Assembly: GCA_950097015.1 (NCBI GenBank)
Contig: CATNEN010000038.1
Coordinates: forward strand, 16,492,001 to 16,556,000
From: Macrostomum hystrix
Lineage: Eukaryota > Animalia > Platyhelminthes
Direction of reading: 5' to 3'
DNA: 64,000 bases
The translations under genes and the position numbers were made by a program. Below are positions 1-12,580 of this stretch, in pieces. The first letter of the stretch is position 1, and each line of letters begins with the position of its first letter. The notes under the pieces are model-generated. The model ran no database searches, was not told the DNA's origin, and was given only the letters and a program-made list of their open reading frames with translations.

Positions 1-1060
1 CCTGGACAAGCTTCAGGTTGTAGATAATAGATACTTGATAAGCTTCAGGTTGTAGATAATAGACCCTTGATAAGCTTTAAGACATAGATAATAGACCCCT
101 GATAAGCTTCAGGTTGTAGATAATAGACCCTTGATAAGCTTCAGGTTGTAGATAATAGACCCTTGATAAGCTTCAGGTTGTAGATAATAGACCAATGATA
201 AGCTTCAGGTTGTAGATAATAGACCCTCGACAAGCTTCAGGTTGTAGATAATAGACCCTTGATAAGCTTTAAGACATAGATAATAGACCGCTGATAAGCT
301 TCAGGTTGTAGATAATAGACCCTTGATAAGCTTCAGGTTGTAGATAATAGACTCTTAATAAACTTCAGGTTGTAGATAATAGACCCTTAATAAGCTTCAG
401 GTTGTAGATAATAGACCCTTGATAAGCTTCAGGTTGTAGGTAATAGACCCTTAATAAGCTTCAGGTTGTAGATAATAGACCATTGATAAGCTTGAGGTTG
501 TAGATAATAGACCAATGATAAGCTTCAGGTTGTAGATAACAGACCCTTGATAAGCTTCAGGTTGTAGATAACAGACCCTTGATAAGCTTCAGGTTGTAGA
601 TAATAGACCCTTGATAAGCTTCAGGTTGTAGATAATAGACTCTTGATAAGCTTCAGGTTGTAGATAATAGACCCTTGATAAGCTTCAGGTTGTAGATAAT
701 AGACTCTTGATAAGCTTCAGGTTGTAGATAATAGACCCTTGATAAGCTTCAGGTTGTAGATAATAGACCAATGATAAGCTTCAGGTTGTAGATAACAGAC
801 CCTTGATAAGCTTCAGGTTGTAGATAACAGACCCTTGATAAGCTTCAGGTTGTAGATAATAGACCCTTAATAAGCTTCAGGTTGTAGATAATAGACTCTT
901 GATAAGCTTCAGGTTGTAGATAATAGACCCTTGATAAGCTTCAGGTTGTAGATAATAGACCAATGATAAGCTTCAGGTTGTAGATAATAGACCCTTGATA
1001 AGCTTCAGGTTGTAGATAATAGACCTTTGAGAAGCTTTAAGACATAGATTATAGACATTG
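1..1060. repeat. 32-bp tandem minisatellite (GATAAGCTTCAGGTTGTAGATAATAGACCCTT), ~33 copies, runs off the left edge
   Basis: Unit recurs every 32 nt (e.g. TAATAGACCC at 121 and 153); no unique spacers. Confidence 0.97.
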
Positions 1061-1719
1061 TATGAGCTTTAAGATGTGGATCACTGAATAAAGATTCATT
1101 TATTGAAGGAATAGACGATAAAAGTAGCGAAATATTTAAGAATTTGGGAAAAAATTTTAGGTGGCTTGAGAATTCCTGGAACTTCCAGCTGATGATGAGT
1201 AGTTTTATTAATTTAAATTAAAATTCTACACACAGCATTTTTTAAGCTAGTTAGCAAATGGATCTTACATTGAAAAAGTGGACGAATTTTGAATTAAAAA
1301 AACAAGGCATGTAAAAATTTGGTCTCGAAAAATTCCATGTCAAATAAGGCCCAGCCAAAAGTAGAAGTATAAACGAAAATAACATTTTTGTTGGACAGAA
1401 TAGTAGAATTAGGAACTAAACTGGCGAAAGTTGTGACAGCCATAATTGTTATTTGTGCATATAAAACAGTGTCAAATTAAGACAGTAAATTCGTAGAAAA
1501 ATACTAAGTAAAAAATTGAAAATTTGTCTAAACCTCTGAAAAGAAATTTTCACTTTGGGACGGAGACAAAATAATTAAAAAGCATTTTAAGCACTGGTTG
1601 AAATAATTGGGCGGAATGATTAGGTAACAGATAGCAGATAATTTGGAATTTAAATCAGTTAGCAACGTGCTGCATCCCAATCAACGAGAACGCATAGACT
1701 TGACAGCAAAAATAACAGG

Positions 1720-2320
1720 GCCTTGTTGAAGGGAAATCCCACGATCATGATAAGGGAAATTCCATAGTCTTGGTAAAGGGAAATCCCATGGTCTTCGTGA
1801 AAGGAAATCCCGTGGTGGTGGCCCACCATGGTCTTAGTGACGGGAAATTTTAACATGGTATTAGTAACGGGAAATCCCAAGGTCTTGGTGAAGGGAAATC
1901 AAATGGTCTAGGTGTAGGGAAATCCCATGGTCTAGGTGAAGGGAAATCTCAAGGGCTTGGTGAAGGGAAATTCTATGGTCTAGGTGAAGGGAAATCCCAA
2001 GGGCTTGGTGAAGGGAAATCCCATGGTCTAGGTGAAGGGAAATCAAATGGTCTAGGTGTAGGGAAATCCCATGGTCTAGGTGAAGGGAAATCCTAAGTGC
2101 TTGGTGACGGGAAATCCCATGGTCTAGGTGAAGGGAAATCCCAAGGGCTTGGTGAAGGGAAATCCTACCATGGTCTTGAAGAGAAATCCGGCTGTGATCT
2201 TATCTGCAGGGTGTACCGGGCCGAGCGGCTATGGTCTTAGTAAAGGGAAATCCCACGGTGTTGGTTAAGGGAAATCCTACGGTCTAGGTGAAAATAAATG
2301 CAGGGAGTCTTGATGAAGGG
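1720..2320. repeat. Degenerate ~24-bp tandem repeat (GGTGAAGGGAAATCCCATGGTCTA)
   Basis: Repeated GGGAAATCC core; explains ORFs 1659..1880 and 1861..2046. Confidence 0.9.
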
Positions 2321-2736
2321 GAATGAAGAATAGCAATTTACGTACTTCTGAAGTCCCAATGTTCATTACAAATCAGTAGTAACTAATAGACAGCGAGTTT
2401 AAATTTTTCGATCAATGTTGTTAGTAACAAAAATATTTAACTAAACGCAAATAAAAATTATTCATTGTCCTAGATTAACGAGAAAATAGTTTTTTTTGCT
2501 TCAAAATAAAAACCACACTAATCTGCTCTGCAGTTAGACAAATTAGTTACAAAAAGCACCAATAAGTGTATAAAAACGTGATTAAAAAAGAAAAATTTTA
2601 GGTAGACGAGTTATACAATGATATTTAGACATGGAAAAAATGTACAACAGAACAAACTGAGCATTGTGAGAGTGCTTTATTCTGGACTCAAGAGTTTAAG
2701 AAAAGCATTAGTCTCAGACTAATTACGAGCCATAAT

Positions 2737-5700
2737 TTAACTGTTCTCTTGCTCGGACAGTTTCTGCTTCTGCTGCTGCTTTCGTCTGGTCTCCTCCCGC
2801 ATTCGCCTATTAAACTCCTTCGCCTTCTGTAGATTCTCTCGCCGTTCCTGTCGACGCTCGTCGACAAGGCGTCTACGCTGAACCTCTTCAAGGTTTTGAT
2901 ATAGCCGACGACTGCGCTGGACCGCATTCTGCTCTTGAGCTTTCCGCTGCTCCGAGTCTTTGGTTACCACAGTCGCCGTTGACACGACCGGAGCTCTGGA
3001 AGCCGCAACGGAGACCGCGTCAATAGAGGCTGAATCAGAGCCAGCTGTCATTCGAGAGCTCTTCCAGGCCTCTAAGGCAGTCTGAAGGCGTTCTATGTCG
3101 CGCTGAATGTCGCTAGACGAAGACACGTCGCACAATGAGGAGTCTCGATGACTTCGCCTGCTCTGCTGCTTCTGTTCGGCGCGTTTGCGCACAGCCTCTG
3201 TGGCCGTATGAATGGTTGCTATGGAAGTTGTTGTGCCTAGCAACGTATCTGTATTAAAAGCTGGTTCAAGAATGGGCAGAGCCGGTAGAGTAGCTGACGG
3301 AAACTCGGCATTAACACCAGCTAATTCTAGTTCGTGTCGACGAAATGACACTAGAGAGGCCGACGGAGACCCGGAAGACACGTGATGCTGACTGATTAAG
3401 GAGCTCTCACCGGTGGCAACAGTGCCAGCGCTGGCACCGGTAGTAACTACCGGCATAGTGACAGCGCTGGAGCTTTGAGCGACGGTAATCACAGAGGAGG
3501 CGGCCGATGTAGACGAAAGCGGATGCTGAGAAATGCCGTCCGAGCTACCACCAATCGGCTGTTGAGTTGTAGTGGCTGTCGAAGAATCCGGCAAAGGTTG
3601 CTGAGAGACCACATCGACGCCAGATGTAGAAGTGGAGGTGACTGCCGAGCCAACGTCGCTACCGCTATACGGCTTCACCGTTGAAACGATAGAAGAATCA
3701 GCTAGGGGGATCTGGCTAATAATGCCGGCAGCGTCCAATAGACCAGTTGATCTAGAAGATTCTGGGCGGTTTAACGAGCTGCCAACTGCTGTTCGAGTGT
3801 TTAGCCTAGTTAACGACACAGACAACGGCGCCTGTGAAAGTAGGCCGGATTTCGATGAGACAATGGAATTTGTGTCCCTAGTAAAACCGGCCCGACTTTG
3901 CGCAGCCACTAATGTGTTGGAATCAGCCAACAGAGCCTGCGAAACAGCGCTGGATATTGACGAGGGCGCTGCAGAAGGCGCAGCCGCGTCGCTAATAGGT
4001 CGAATAGTTAGATTAAACGATTCCACTGTGGACGAATCGGCTAAAGGGACTTGAGAGACAACGCCGTAGCCCATGGTTGACTCTGAGTTGCTTGTTACAA
4101 CCATCGCCTGAGTGGCCTTCACAGTAGCGGCTGTTATAGTCGACACTAGCGGCATCGTACGCGTCGGACTTGGCTCAGGCAACGACACGGCATTCGCATC
4201 TGCTACATCAATTGCCGATAAAGTTCGATCTTCATAATCGTCTTCTTGATCCTCAACGCTTCTTTGGCTGCGATCGTCTTCGGGTTCGATGGCAGCCACG
4301 GATAGCGGCCTCTGCGAGATACCGGAGGCGTCAGCGGTGCTGACGGAGTCATCCGACACGCGCAGCTCAGCTAGACGATGCGCATTGGCTGCAAAGTATT
4401 CACGCAATAGGCGAATCTTCTGAGCCTGCACGTGCAGCTGCGTGACGCCGCCAGATATTTCAATGCCGTCAGGATAGGGACTGCAGGAATCCGCGTCATC
4501 GTCATCGTCGACAAAGTCGTCATAATCGCCATGTGCCTGGCTTGCATCGCCCCGGCCGTCACCGAAAGCTTCAGTAATCAGATCGTCTACACTCGACGAC
4601 ATGGTTGGCTGCATTGCCATCTGCTGAGCCTGTTCGCGTAGCTGACTCTGTCGATAGCGCAGAGTTGAAGAGAAAGCAGCCGCTGTTAAAGTAGTTGCCG
4701 TGGGCGTGTCCACTTCAGCTATTGTGCTCAGCTCGTGCTGCTGTTCAACAGCTAGATTTGGATGCCGGATAGCCACTGCTGCTGGCGGAGGTCGGTGACC
4801 CCCGCCTGAGCCAAATGTTGAAAAGAAATCTATCACTTGGTTATCAGTGCATACATTTCCATCGTCTTCCGATAGTGCTTTCTCTAATTGCTGCTGCTGC
4901 TGCTGTCTGGTAGGGGCCACCGCAAGTGGCAGAAATTCAGGTAGATAAGATGGCGCAGCAGAAGATTCCATTGAGCTATCAGCAGTGGGATTATCTAACG
5001 AGGCGGCATCCAAGGTGGCTCCGCAATCAAATTGCTGGCCAACAAACGATGCATCAATAGGAATTGATTTTGCAGGCGAACTTTTTTTAGGCTTCCAAAC
5101 CCTTTGATTAGAATCCTGGTCCCGACTAACCGAATCACTCATCATTGGCTGGTAAATACCCACTCCATTTACGACTGTGTCATCTGCATTGGCAGCGGCA
5201 GGCATACCGCAATAATTATCATCATATTCATAATCTGTTTCAATACTGGTGGAATTTGCGTCACAACTGCAGCTGACATTTTCTGCCTCTGGCACTGAGG
5301 CAATGGCCGGAGGCTGCAGCTGCTGTAGTTGCTGAACACTGTTGTGATTCACGCTGACACTGGCAGTGGAGGCCACAGCGGCGGCGGCGGCAGCTGCGGC
5401 CGCGGCAGCTGTTGTACTGCCAAGACTTGCCACTAAATTATCTAATTGCGCGCGCTGCTCTTGAAGCAGGCGCAGTCTAAGAAACTGTTGCATCAGGTCT
5501 TCCTTTTCTCTTTCGATTTCTAACTGCCGCTTAGCGGATCTCAGTTTAGCTGCCACAGTTGCGCTAGGCGATAAATTTGCAACAGCGTGAGCTCGCTCCT
5601 TGACTGGTCGTTGACTTCGCTGACTGCGCGACCGACGAGACGTCGGATGCTGCCTGGCGTGTCGCGGGCAAGACACAACGGTTGAAGAGGACTGCTCAGA

Positions 5701-8663
5701 CGCCACTGAGGAAGTCTCATCAAGATCACCGTCACCACCGCAGCTGCTGCAACTGCAGCTAAGCGGCAGGCTGTGCTGGGGGGCATCCCGACCAATTGAA
5801 GATCGCGCAGTCTGGACTCCGATGGAGTTCGCAGCCGCAGGAGCGGTGCCGGCGGCAGAGGCGGATGTCGGTGCAACGCCGCCCGCACTGCTGACGGTCT
5901 GAGTTGAGCCGAGCCGTTGCAAAGCTCGACGCTGGAATTCGCGCACCCGTTCGTTAAGAGAGGAGGCCGCCGAGCTGGCTATGGAATCTCGTCGAGTTGG
6001 ACGATTCGACGAAGCGTTGTTAGCCAAGAATGGCGCAGAATTTGACGCTGGCAAGACAATTGAGGCCGTGGAGACAGCGACAGCAGCCGATGGAGCAGCA
6101 GGCCGATCGCTGTCGTTATAATCACGATAAGTCAAATCTTCGGCTCCGCTATCGTTGCCGGCTTCGCCACTGCGCGTCTCAACAGCGTCGCCTTCTCCGC
6201 GCAATCTAGCCAGCCGTTCCTCCAGCATGGCATACTCATTCTCTAATCTTTGCAGCTCGGCTTGCTCCTCATTCAATGGCTCCAATCTGGAAGCTAGCAG
6301 CTGCTGCTGATGACGCTGACGATCGCTTGATAGAGGCGCAGCGCCGGTGCGAGCCGTACTAAAACCCGAGTCCGGATTGGACGAATAATTCGTAGCCGCT
6401 GCGATGGCATTACCGGCGTTGCCATTAACAACGGCGACTGCTGCGGTTGGCTCACCAAGGAATCGCTCCCGTTCGGCAATGTCCCGCTCTAAAGCGCGCA
6501 ATCGTTCGTGCACCTGGCTGCGTATTTGGCCTGCTTCAACTAAGCGTGACAAATCTAGCCTGGTGTCTACTGACTGTGCGGCCTTCTTTTGCCGATTGAT
6601 TCGTTCCAGTAGCGGCTTCATTTGCTCACCCTGAGTACCAGCAGCGCCTGATTTATTCACCTCCTGCTCGGCCTCATGCTGCTCCTCTGCCTCGTTGTCG
6701 TTGTCTTCAGGCGTCGGTTTCTGAGGCGACCGCTCAGTTGGCAGTGGAATGCCCGGCCTTGGCCGCATTTCCACATCGTTGTCGGCCTCGTCCAGATTAT
6801 CCCTGAGTTGCATATCGACGCCGACGCTATTCGCGCCAGATTCTAGTAAAAATCTCTGCTCAAACACTCGCTCGGCCTGACTGCGACCAACAGTTCCACT
6901 ATACATGCTTCTGAACTGCTGCTGATGCTGAATATCCCTGGGCAGCTGGCCGAATTGCATCTGACGATTGTGCAGCTCCGTCCGATGCAGCCCGGCTAGA
7001 TCTGTAAGCATCTGCTGGTAAGCTTGTTGAACGAATTCGCGACGCAATGCGGTATGGCCGCGGACTGCAGCACGCTCGGTGGCCAATTCAGCTTGGCGTT
7101 GAGTAGACTCGACTGTGGCCTGAAATTAAGAACAATTTCAGGTAAAAACACGAGAAACTTGATGGGAGAGATGCAGAAAACTTATTCATAGACAAGAGGG
7201 GATCCTAATAGACTATTTGTACGGTATTTGGGTATCTTAATAGACAATGTGTACCGTAGTCGGGGATCCTAATAGTAAATGTGTACCGTAGTTGGGGATA
7301 TTGATAGATAATGTTTAAATTACTTGGGATTTTAGTAGGAGATGGGTAAAGATTTAATGAACCCACCAGATCGGATGTATTATAGCTACAAGCTACAAGA
7401 ACGATTTAAACGCATACTTAAACTTACCTGATACCGAGCGGTCTCAGCCTCAGCGGCATCAGCGGCTGTCTCAGCCGGCGCATCCGCCGACGCCGTCGCC
7501 TTGGCAACCTGGTAGCCTTCGGGCGGCGCCCCATAGAATCTTGTATCCATAGCGTCGCCATCGCAATGAGCCACTAGTGGCGCCGACTCAAAGGGCACCG
7601 CGTATGGCGGCGGAGGCGGAGGCGGCAGTGCGGCAATCCTGGCCGATCGTTCACGCTCAGTTACTAGGGCCGCTTCGCGCATGCTGGCCGCCCTAGAGCG
7701 TTTCTCATCGGCGTCGGCTCGAGCTTCGCGCAGCACGTCCAGTGCAACAGCGTGCCTCTGCTCCGCGGCCGCTTGATTGGTGGCGCTCTCAGCGGCTGCT
7801 TCAGCGGCGGCATCTGGCATAGCCTCGGCCGCCCGGTGGCTCTGACCCAGGCTGGCCAGGGCTGCGGCGTAGGCTGAGGCCAGCTCGTCGGCTTCGGCCA
7901 GACGGTCGGCGGCCTTCTCGGCCCGTTCGGCGCTGACGATTCGGCGAGCTTCGCGCGTCTCGGCCTGGCTACATCGTCGACGAACGCGAGTCGACCAGTC
8001 ATGCGACTGCTGGCGAACCTGGAAAAGGATGGCCAAAAAAATTTAATTCAGGCGTCGGCAAACTCCAGCCCCGCGGGCCAGATGCGGCCCTCGAAGCTCC
8101 CAAATCCGGCCCGTTGACCCTTCCAAAACAGTATCCTGTTTCATCTCTCTGTCATCTGGAGATGTAGAGTCTCATCTCTCCAGTGTCTTATATCTCCTCT
8201 TTCTCATATTCCTAGTCATTGCGGCCCGATGTCGTCTTTTAGGTTCTTTCTGTGGTCCGCACGCTACTAAGCCTGCCGACCCATGTTTTAACTTGTGTCA
8301 TTGCACAACCCACTTGAAAGACTGCGAACAGCTGTTCAGACTGTTCAGACTTCAGTCCCCGTTTTCACCGAGGATAATGCTAACAAGGCATTAGACAATT
8401 GAGCTCAACGTTCAATGTTGTTAGCTGGAATTAGAGTTTTCGAGACGCCCATTGGTCGGAATTCTGGTGCTCTTACAACTAAGCATAACTTACAAGCTCT
8501 CTTGCATAGAATAGTTCAATATGTAACAAAATTGCTTCTTTCTTACCTGGCTCAAACGCAGCAAGCGCCTACGCTGAGCTTCTAGACGAACAGCCAGCTC
8601 TAATTCATTTGGCGACAGGTGAAATTCGCCAGCTTTCAGTGCTACTGGCCTTTTGGAGTACAT
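2737..8663 (-). CDS. CEP295: CEP295/KIAA1731/Ana1-like centriolar protein, ~1696 aa; exons 8663-8547, 8018-7428, 7119-2737
   Basis: GT-AG phase-0 junctions join in frame. N-terminal LSPNELELAVRLEAQRRRLLRLSQVRQQ, YAAALASLGQSHRAA, ALVTERERSARIAALPPPPP and ERAAVRGH match the recalled CEP295 N-terminal domain. C-terminal RSRRLYQNLEEVQRRR...AKEFNRRM is ALMS-motif-like. Confidence 0.85.
8049..8285 (-). mobile_element. hAT-type MITE, copy 1 (CEP295 intron 1)
   Basis: Termini CAGGCGTCGGCAAAC and GCCTGCCGACCCATG; reverse-orientation homologue of 24728-25189; degenerate 8-bp TSD ATTTAATT/TTTTAACT. Confidence 0.85.
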
Positions 8664-10289
8664 TCTTACTCCTTAAAGCCAATCCCAGAATAGATAATTA
8701 CTTGCAAAATGTAGCCAGGCTTAAATAAGTCTGAAAAACAATATTTTACTAAATTATTTTTAGGAGATTAATATCTTATGGATAGACTTCTGAGTTGGAA
8801 ATTTGATTGCCTGACAGATTTGAATGACAAATCGATACACAATCACCTACTCATTCTAGTCTGAGTTCAGTATACGTCCACTCATTCAATAAGGTCAATA
8901 GTTAATTGTCAGTTCATTGGGCAAGCATTGTCAATCACAACACCTAAGATATTTTTTGTTTTAAGTTCTCTGCCATTTTGACTAAAACTTACTATAAATA
9001 CAGATGGCTAGAAGGAAGGAAAAGCAACTTGCGGTTTCATACAATGTTTGTTTACAATACTCAGAAGCGTTCTTTCATTCTTTATAAAACATACGGACAC
9101 AAATACTTAGAGAATTCAAGAGAGAGAATTAGAAAGTATTGCTGCACACTTGTGATCATTGGTAACACTCTTTGGAAAAGCCTATACCTAGAAATATATA
9201 CATGTGATCAAGTCAGAAATTGGCCAGAATAACAAGATTTGCTACCTAGACTAACTAAATACACTACCAGACTAATATGCTACCAAGAAATTCTTTGCAA
9301 TATATAAAACACATTCTCAGAAATGAATTCTAAGAAAATATTGAAATTACTTAGACATTCTATTAAAATATCTCTGTAACAACATTTGTAGGATAAAAAC
9401 TAAGAACTAGAAAACTTTGGTAGCATTGTAAAGATAAAGTTGGAGTAGTAATTAACCCTAGGACAACTTTGGTGAAATCATATCCTTATAATAATAGTTA
9501 AAGAGAGAAGCACTATAACAGCTTGGCAACATTGGGATAAAGACTTACTAAGAAGTTAGGCCTACAACAACTTTGGTAGCATTAGTGAGATTTGAACATA
9601 TATAATATTAAGTCATACAGTACCCAATATTAAATCCATAAAGCAACTAACAACAGAACCCCACCTGGCTAAACCAAACCTCAGACCCTATATGTACATT
9701 GTGGGTTTTGGCCTAGTCTCACCCTAGCCCAGGGAGGGGTGGCATGACTAGGGTGAGATATATAGCGAGAGGGGTTAAGGCATAGAGCACAAGAGATGGG
9801 AGGCGCCTAGAAAGGGGAAAGGGTTGGAGGCAAGCTGATAAGGAGCAGCCATCTTGGGTAGGTAGGGACAAAGCAGTTAGTAATAAATAACATGTAATGA
9901 TGTTTTCAGTGTATGTGTACTGTCCTTTTTGGTCATTAATTTCCTTCCCTTCCCTGGCTATTCTATATGAGATGAGTCTGAGGAAGGGAACTAATGTGAA
10001 ATATACAATTTTGTATTATTTAGCGCAGGATTTACTGTATTTTACAAAAAGTAGGCCTAGTGCAATAGTGCAGCTAAAGCAAAATAGTGCAATAGCACTA
10101 AAATAGTGCAGGTGTGGCAACTATGCCTGTAATAACTGCCATATACTTTAATGTGAGTATAATAAGCTTAAAATATTTATTTAAAAACCAGGGACAAAGT
10201 TTTTTAAATGGAAAACTTCAGCTAGCAATTTGTGTGCAACTAATTTTCTGAAAATGTATAGATTTCATTTATTTGCAAGTTTTATTTAA

Positions 10290-10713
10290 GGTAGTTGTTA
10301 TTTGTCCGGTTAACCCGACAAATAGCCATTTGTTCGGTTAACCAGTTAACCACCCAAGGACTGAATTTCTCCCCTTTCAATGAGTAGGAGCAACGATCCT
10401 GCCAAAGACCACTCTTGCCCTGCTAAGAGCCATCTTTAGTCTTGACCTCACAAAGACCAAACTATAGGCCTACCCTTGAACTAAGTTAGTGACCTGAAAC
10501 AACCAAATTTCTGGAAATGGTTTTAATTTTTTTAATTAGCTGATAAACAAAAATAATTTGAGACACAAACTTCAAATCTGAATGACTGTCCTTTTGCAGC
10601 TTGTTAATTATTTTAGGCCTATCTTACAAATGATAAAGGTTCTCGTGGTAGCGCTACAACCCCTTATAACTTAGTTATAAGTTATAACTCAGTTAACCGG
10701 ACGAACAACTATC
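10290..10713. mobile_element. Non-autonomous Mutator-like DNA transposon
   Basis: Imperfect TIR GGTAGTTGTT..GTCCGGTTAAC / GTTAACCGGACGAACAACTATC; exact 9-bp TSD TTTATTTAA at 10281-10289 and 10714-10722. Confidence 0.7.
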
Positions 10714-10836
10714 TTTATTTAAATAAGGTAAAATGGATAACTACTAGTTAGACTCTTACTAGCTAAACTCTTAAAGCCATATTATAAAAACTTTCTTCTC
10801 TCCCACTCTAGCCAGCCCATGGCAGTATACTTGCAG

Positions 10837-11512
10837 GGTGCGCGGTCGTTTCGTCTGCCGCCATTTCATCTGCCGTAGTATTTTTTGCAGACGAAACGAC
10901 CATTTTCCATAGTGTTCAGAAATAAACTTCCTTTCTTTATATTTAATTTAAGGTATCAAAATAAATCAGTATATGCAAGTTTTAAGTATATTTTTGTAAT
11001 TATATTTAAACGTTTTGATGTTAATTTAAATTTCTACGAAATACAACTATCTATATTTATTCTGATACTTTCGAGTTCGATGAACCAATTCAAAGTTCTT
11101 TATAAGTGACGTACGAGGTATTTCTTATCGCCATGGTTGCATGCGTAATTTTTAAACAGACTGTACGACCTAGACACCATGCCATTTACAGTATGCCTTT
11201 ACACTTTGTGCCTTTTATATTTATTAAATGCGGATTTTTGCGTGGATTTACATTTTGTGAGAATATGCCTTATTCCGTTTTCGCCAATTTGTTACAGAAA
11301 AACAAAATAGGCCAAATGGTTGCTTGTATATGTAATCGTTCAAATTATTCAACTTAAAATTCATTGGCATAACAATTAAATACTGTTACATTCAGATCAT
11401 TGGCAAATATTCACTCATACTTTATATACATGGCAGACGAAACGACTATATCGTATATGGGCAGACGAACAGGCGGCAGATGAAATTGCATCAGACGAAA
11501 CGACCATCAACC
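10837..11512. mobile_element. Non-autonomous TIR DNA transposon with GG termini and 8-bp TSD (Merlin- or MULE-like, unresolved)
   Basis: TIR GGT-N4-GGTCGTTTCGTCTG..ATTTCATCTGCCG at both ends, subterminal GCAGACGAA repeats, exact TSD ACTTGCAG at 10829-10836 and 11513-11520. Confidence 0.85.
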
Positions 11513-12580
11513 ACTTGCAGTCCCATTGTCACTGTGGTTGGTTATAGTCCATTGCAGTATGTTACCCACTTAAGCCAAATCAATAATAACACAGTTACAA
11601 TGTCATAACTTTACTAACACAAATGCAACTAAGGTTTAAAATATATAGAGTAATATTTTACACATAATGAATAGGCCTACACACTCACAGTTTATAGATT
11701 TCAGACTAGAGCCTTGAGGGTAATAGTACATAGGCCACTGCAGAACACTACACAGCACATTACATGGGCATGCCACATGCACTGCTCTTGATAGGATGCC
11801 AAAAAAAATATATATTATAGAGTTGGATTAATTATATATTTTAGCAAGTTCAATGTTCCAGAATTATAATTTTATTAAATTTTAGCTATGACGACAGGAA
11901 GCTGCTTCCAGGTTCCAGTCAGTAGACAGCGGAAAGCGCACGTGCACGGCGTTTATGTGCGGGCCTTGCCCACCTGCACGGCGGTGCCGATGCGACGTAC
12001 GATTTGTACCCATCCCTATTTGATAGAAAGTGTTAGATAACGGTGGATTCAATAGCAGTTAGTCAGATTGAGTGAGTGAGAGTTAGATAATATTTTTTTA
12101 CGATTTAAATTGAATTAAATAAATTAATTGAGTTTAATAAGTTTGCTACTTTGTTTTCGTAGTAACTAAACGAATGCACAAATGCTGACTTTTATGTAAC
12201 TTTTTTTTAAAATATTGCCGTCTTAGTAACGTACTTAATAAGAAAGCTGTTTCTTGTTCGTTATAAAGTGAAGGCCTAATCCTACTAATTTAAACCATAC
12301 TTTCCTAGATCCAGCCCCGTTGTAGGCTCGCTGAGTGTGTGAGTGAATCAATTTGTGACGACTTCACATCTGAATCTTAAATTCAATGATATAATTTGTC
12401 GGCTTGTGCAAATTTCGATAAATTACTATAAAATAAGTGTCTGATAAGCGGTGAATTTTTTATTTGTAGCTTTATTTACGTTCCGCCTCGCTGTCGACAA
12501 GAGTGTTGAACATAGGCATTAAAGAGTAATTAATCGGTAGAAACTCCATTTTCAAAACAGCTTTTGAAACAAAAGTAAAC

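Noticed and set aside
1-1060. CRISPR-like array of 32-bp repeats
   Set aside because: Units are directly adjacent with no unique spacers, there are no cas genes and the context is eukaryotic.
3475-6634. Short antisense and alternative-frame ORFs within CEP295 (similar ones over PGM1 and L3MBTL)
   Set aside because: Shadows of GC-rich coding exons with no independent motifs or splice signals.
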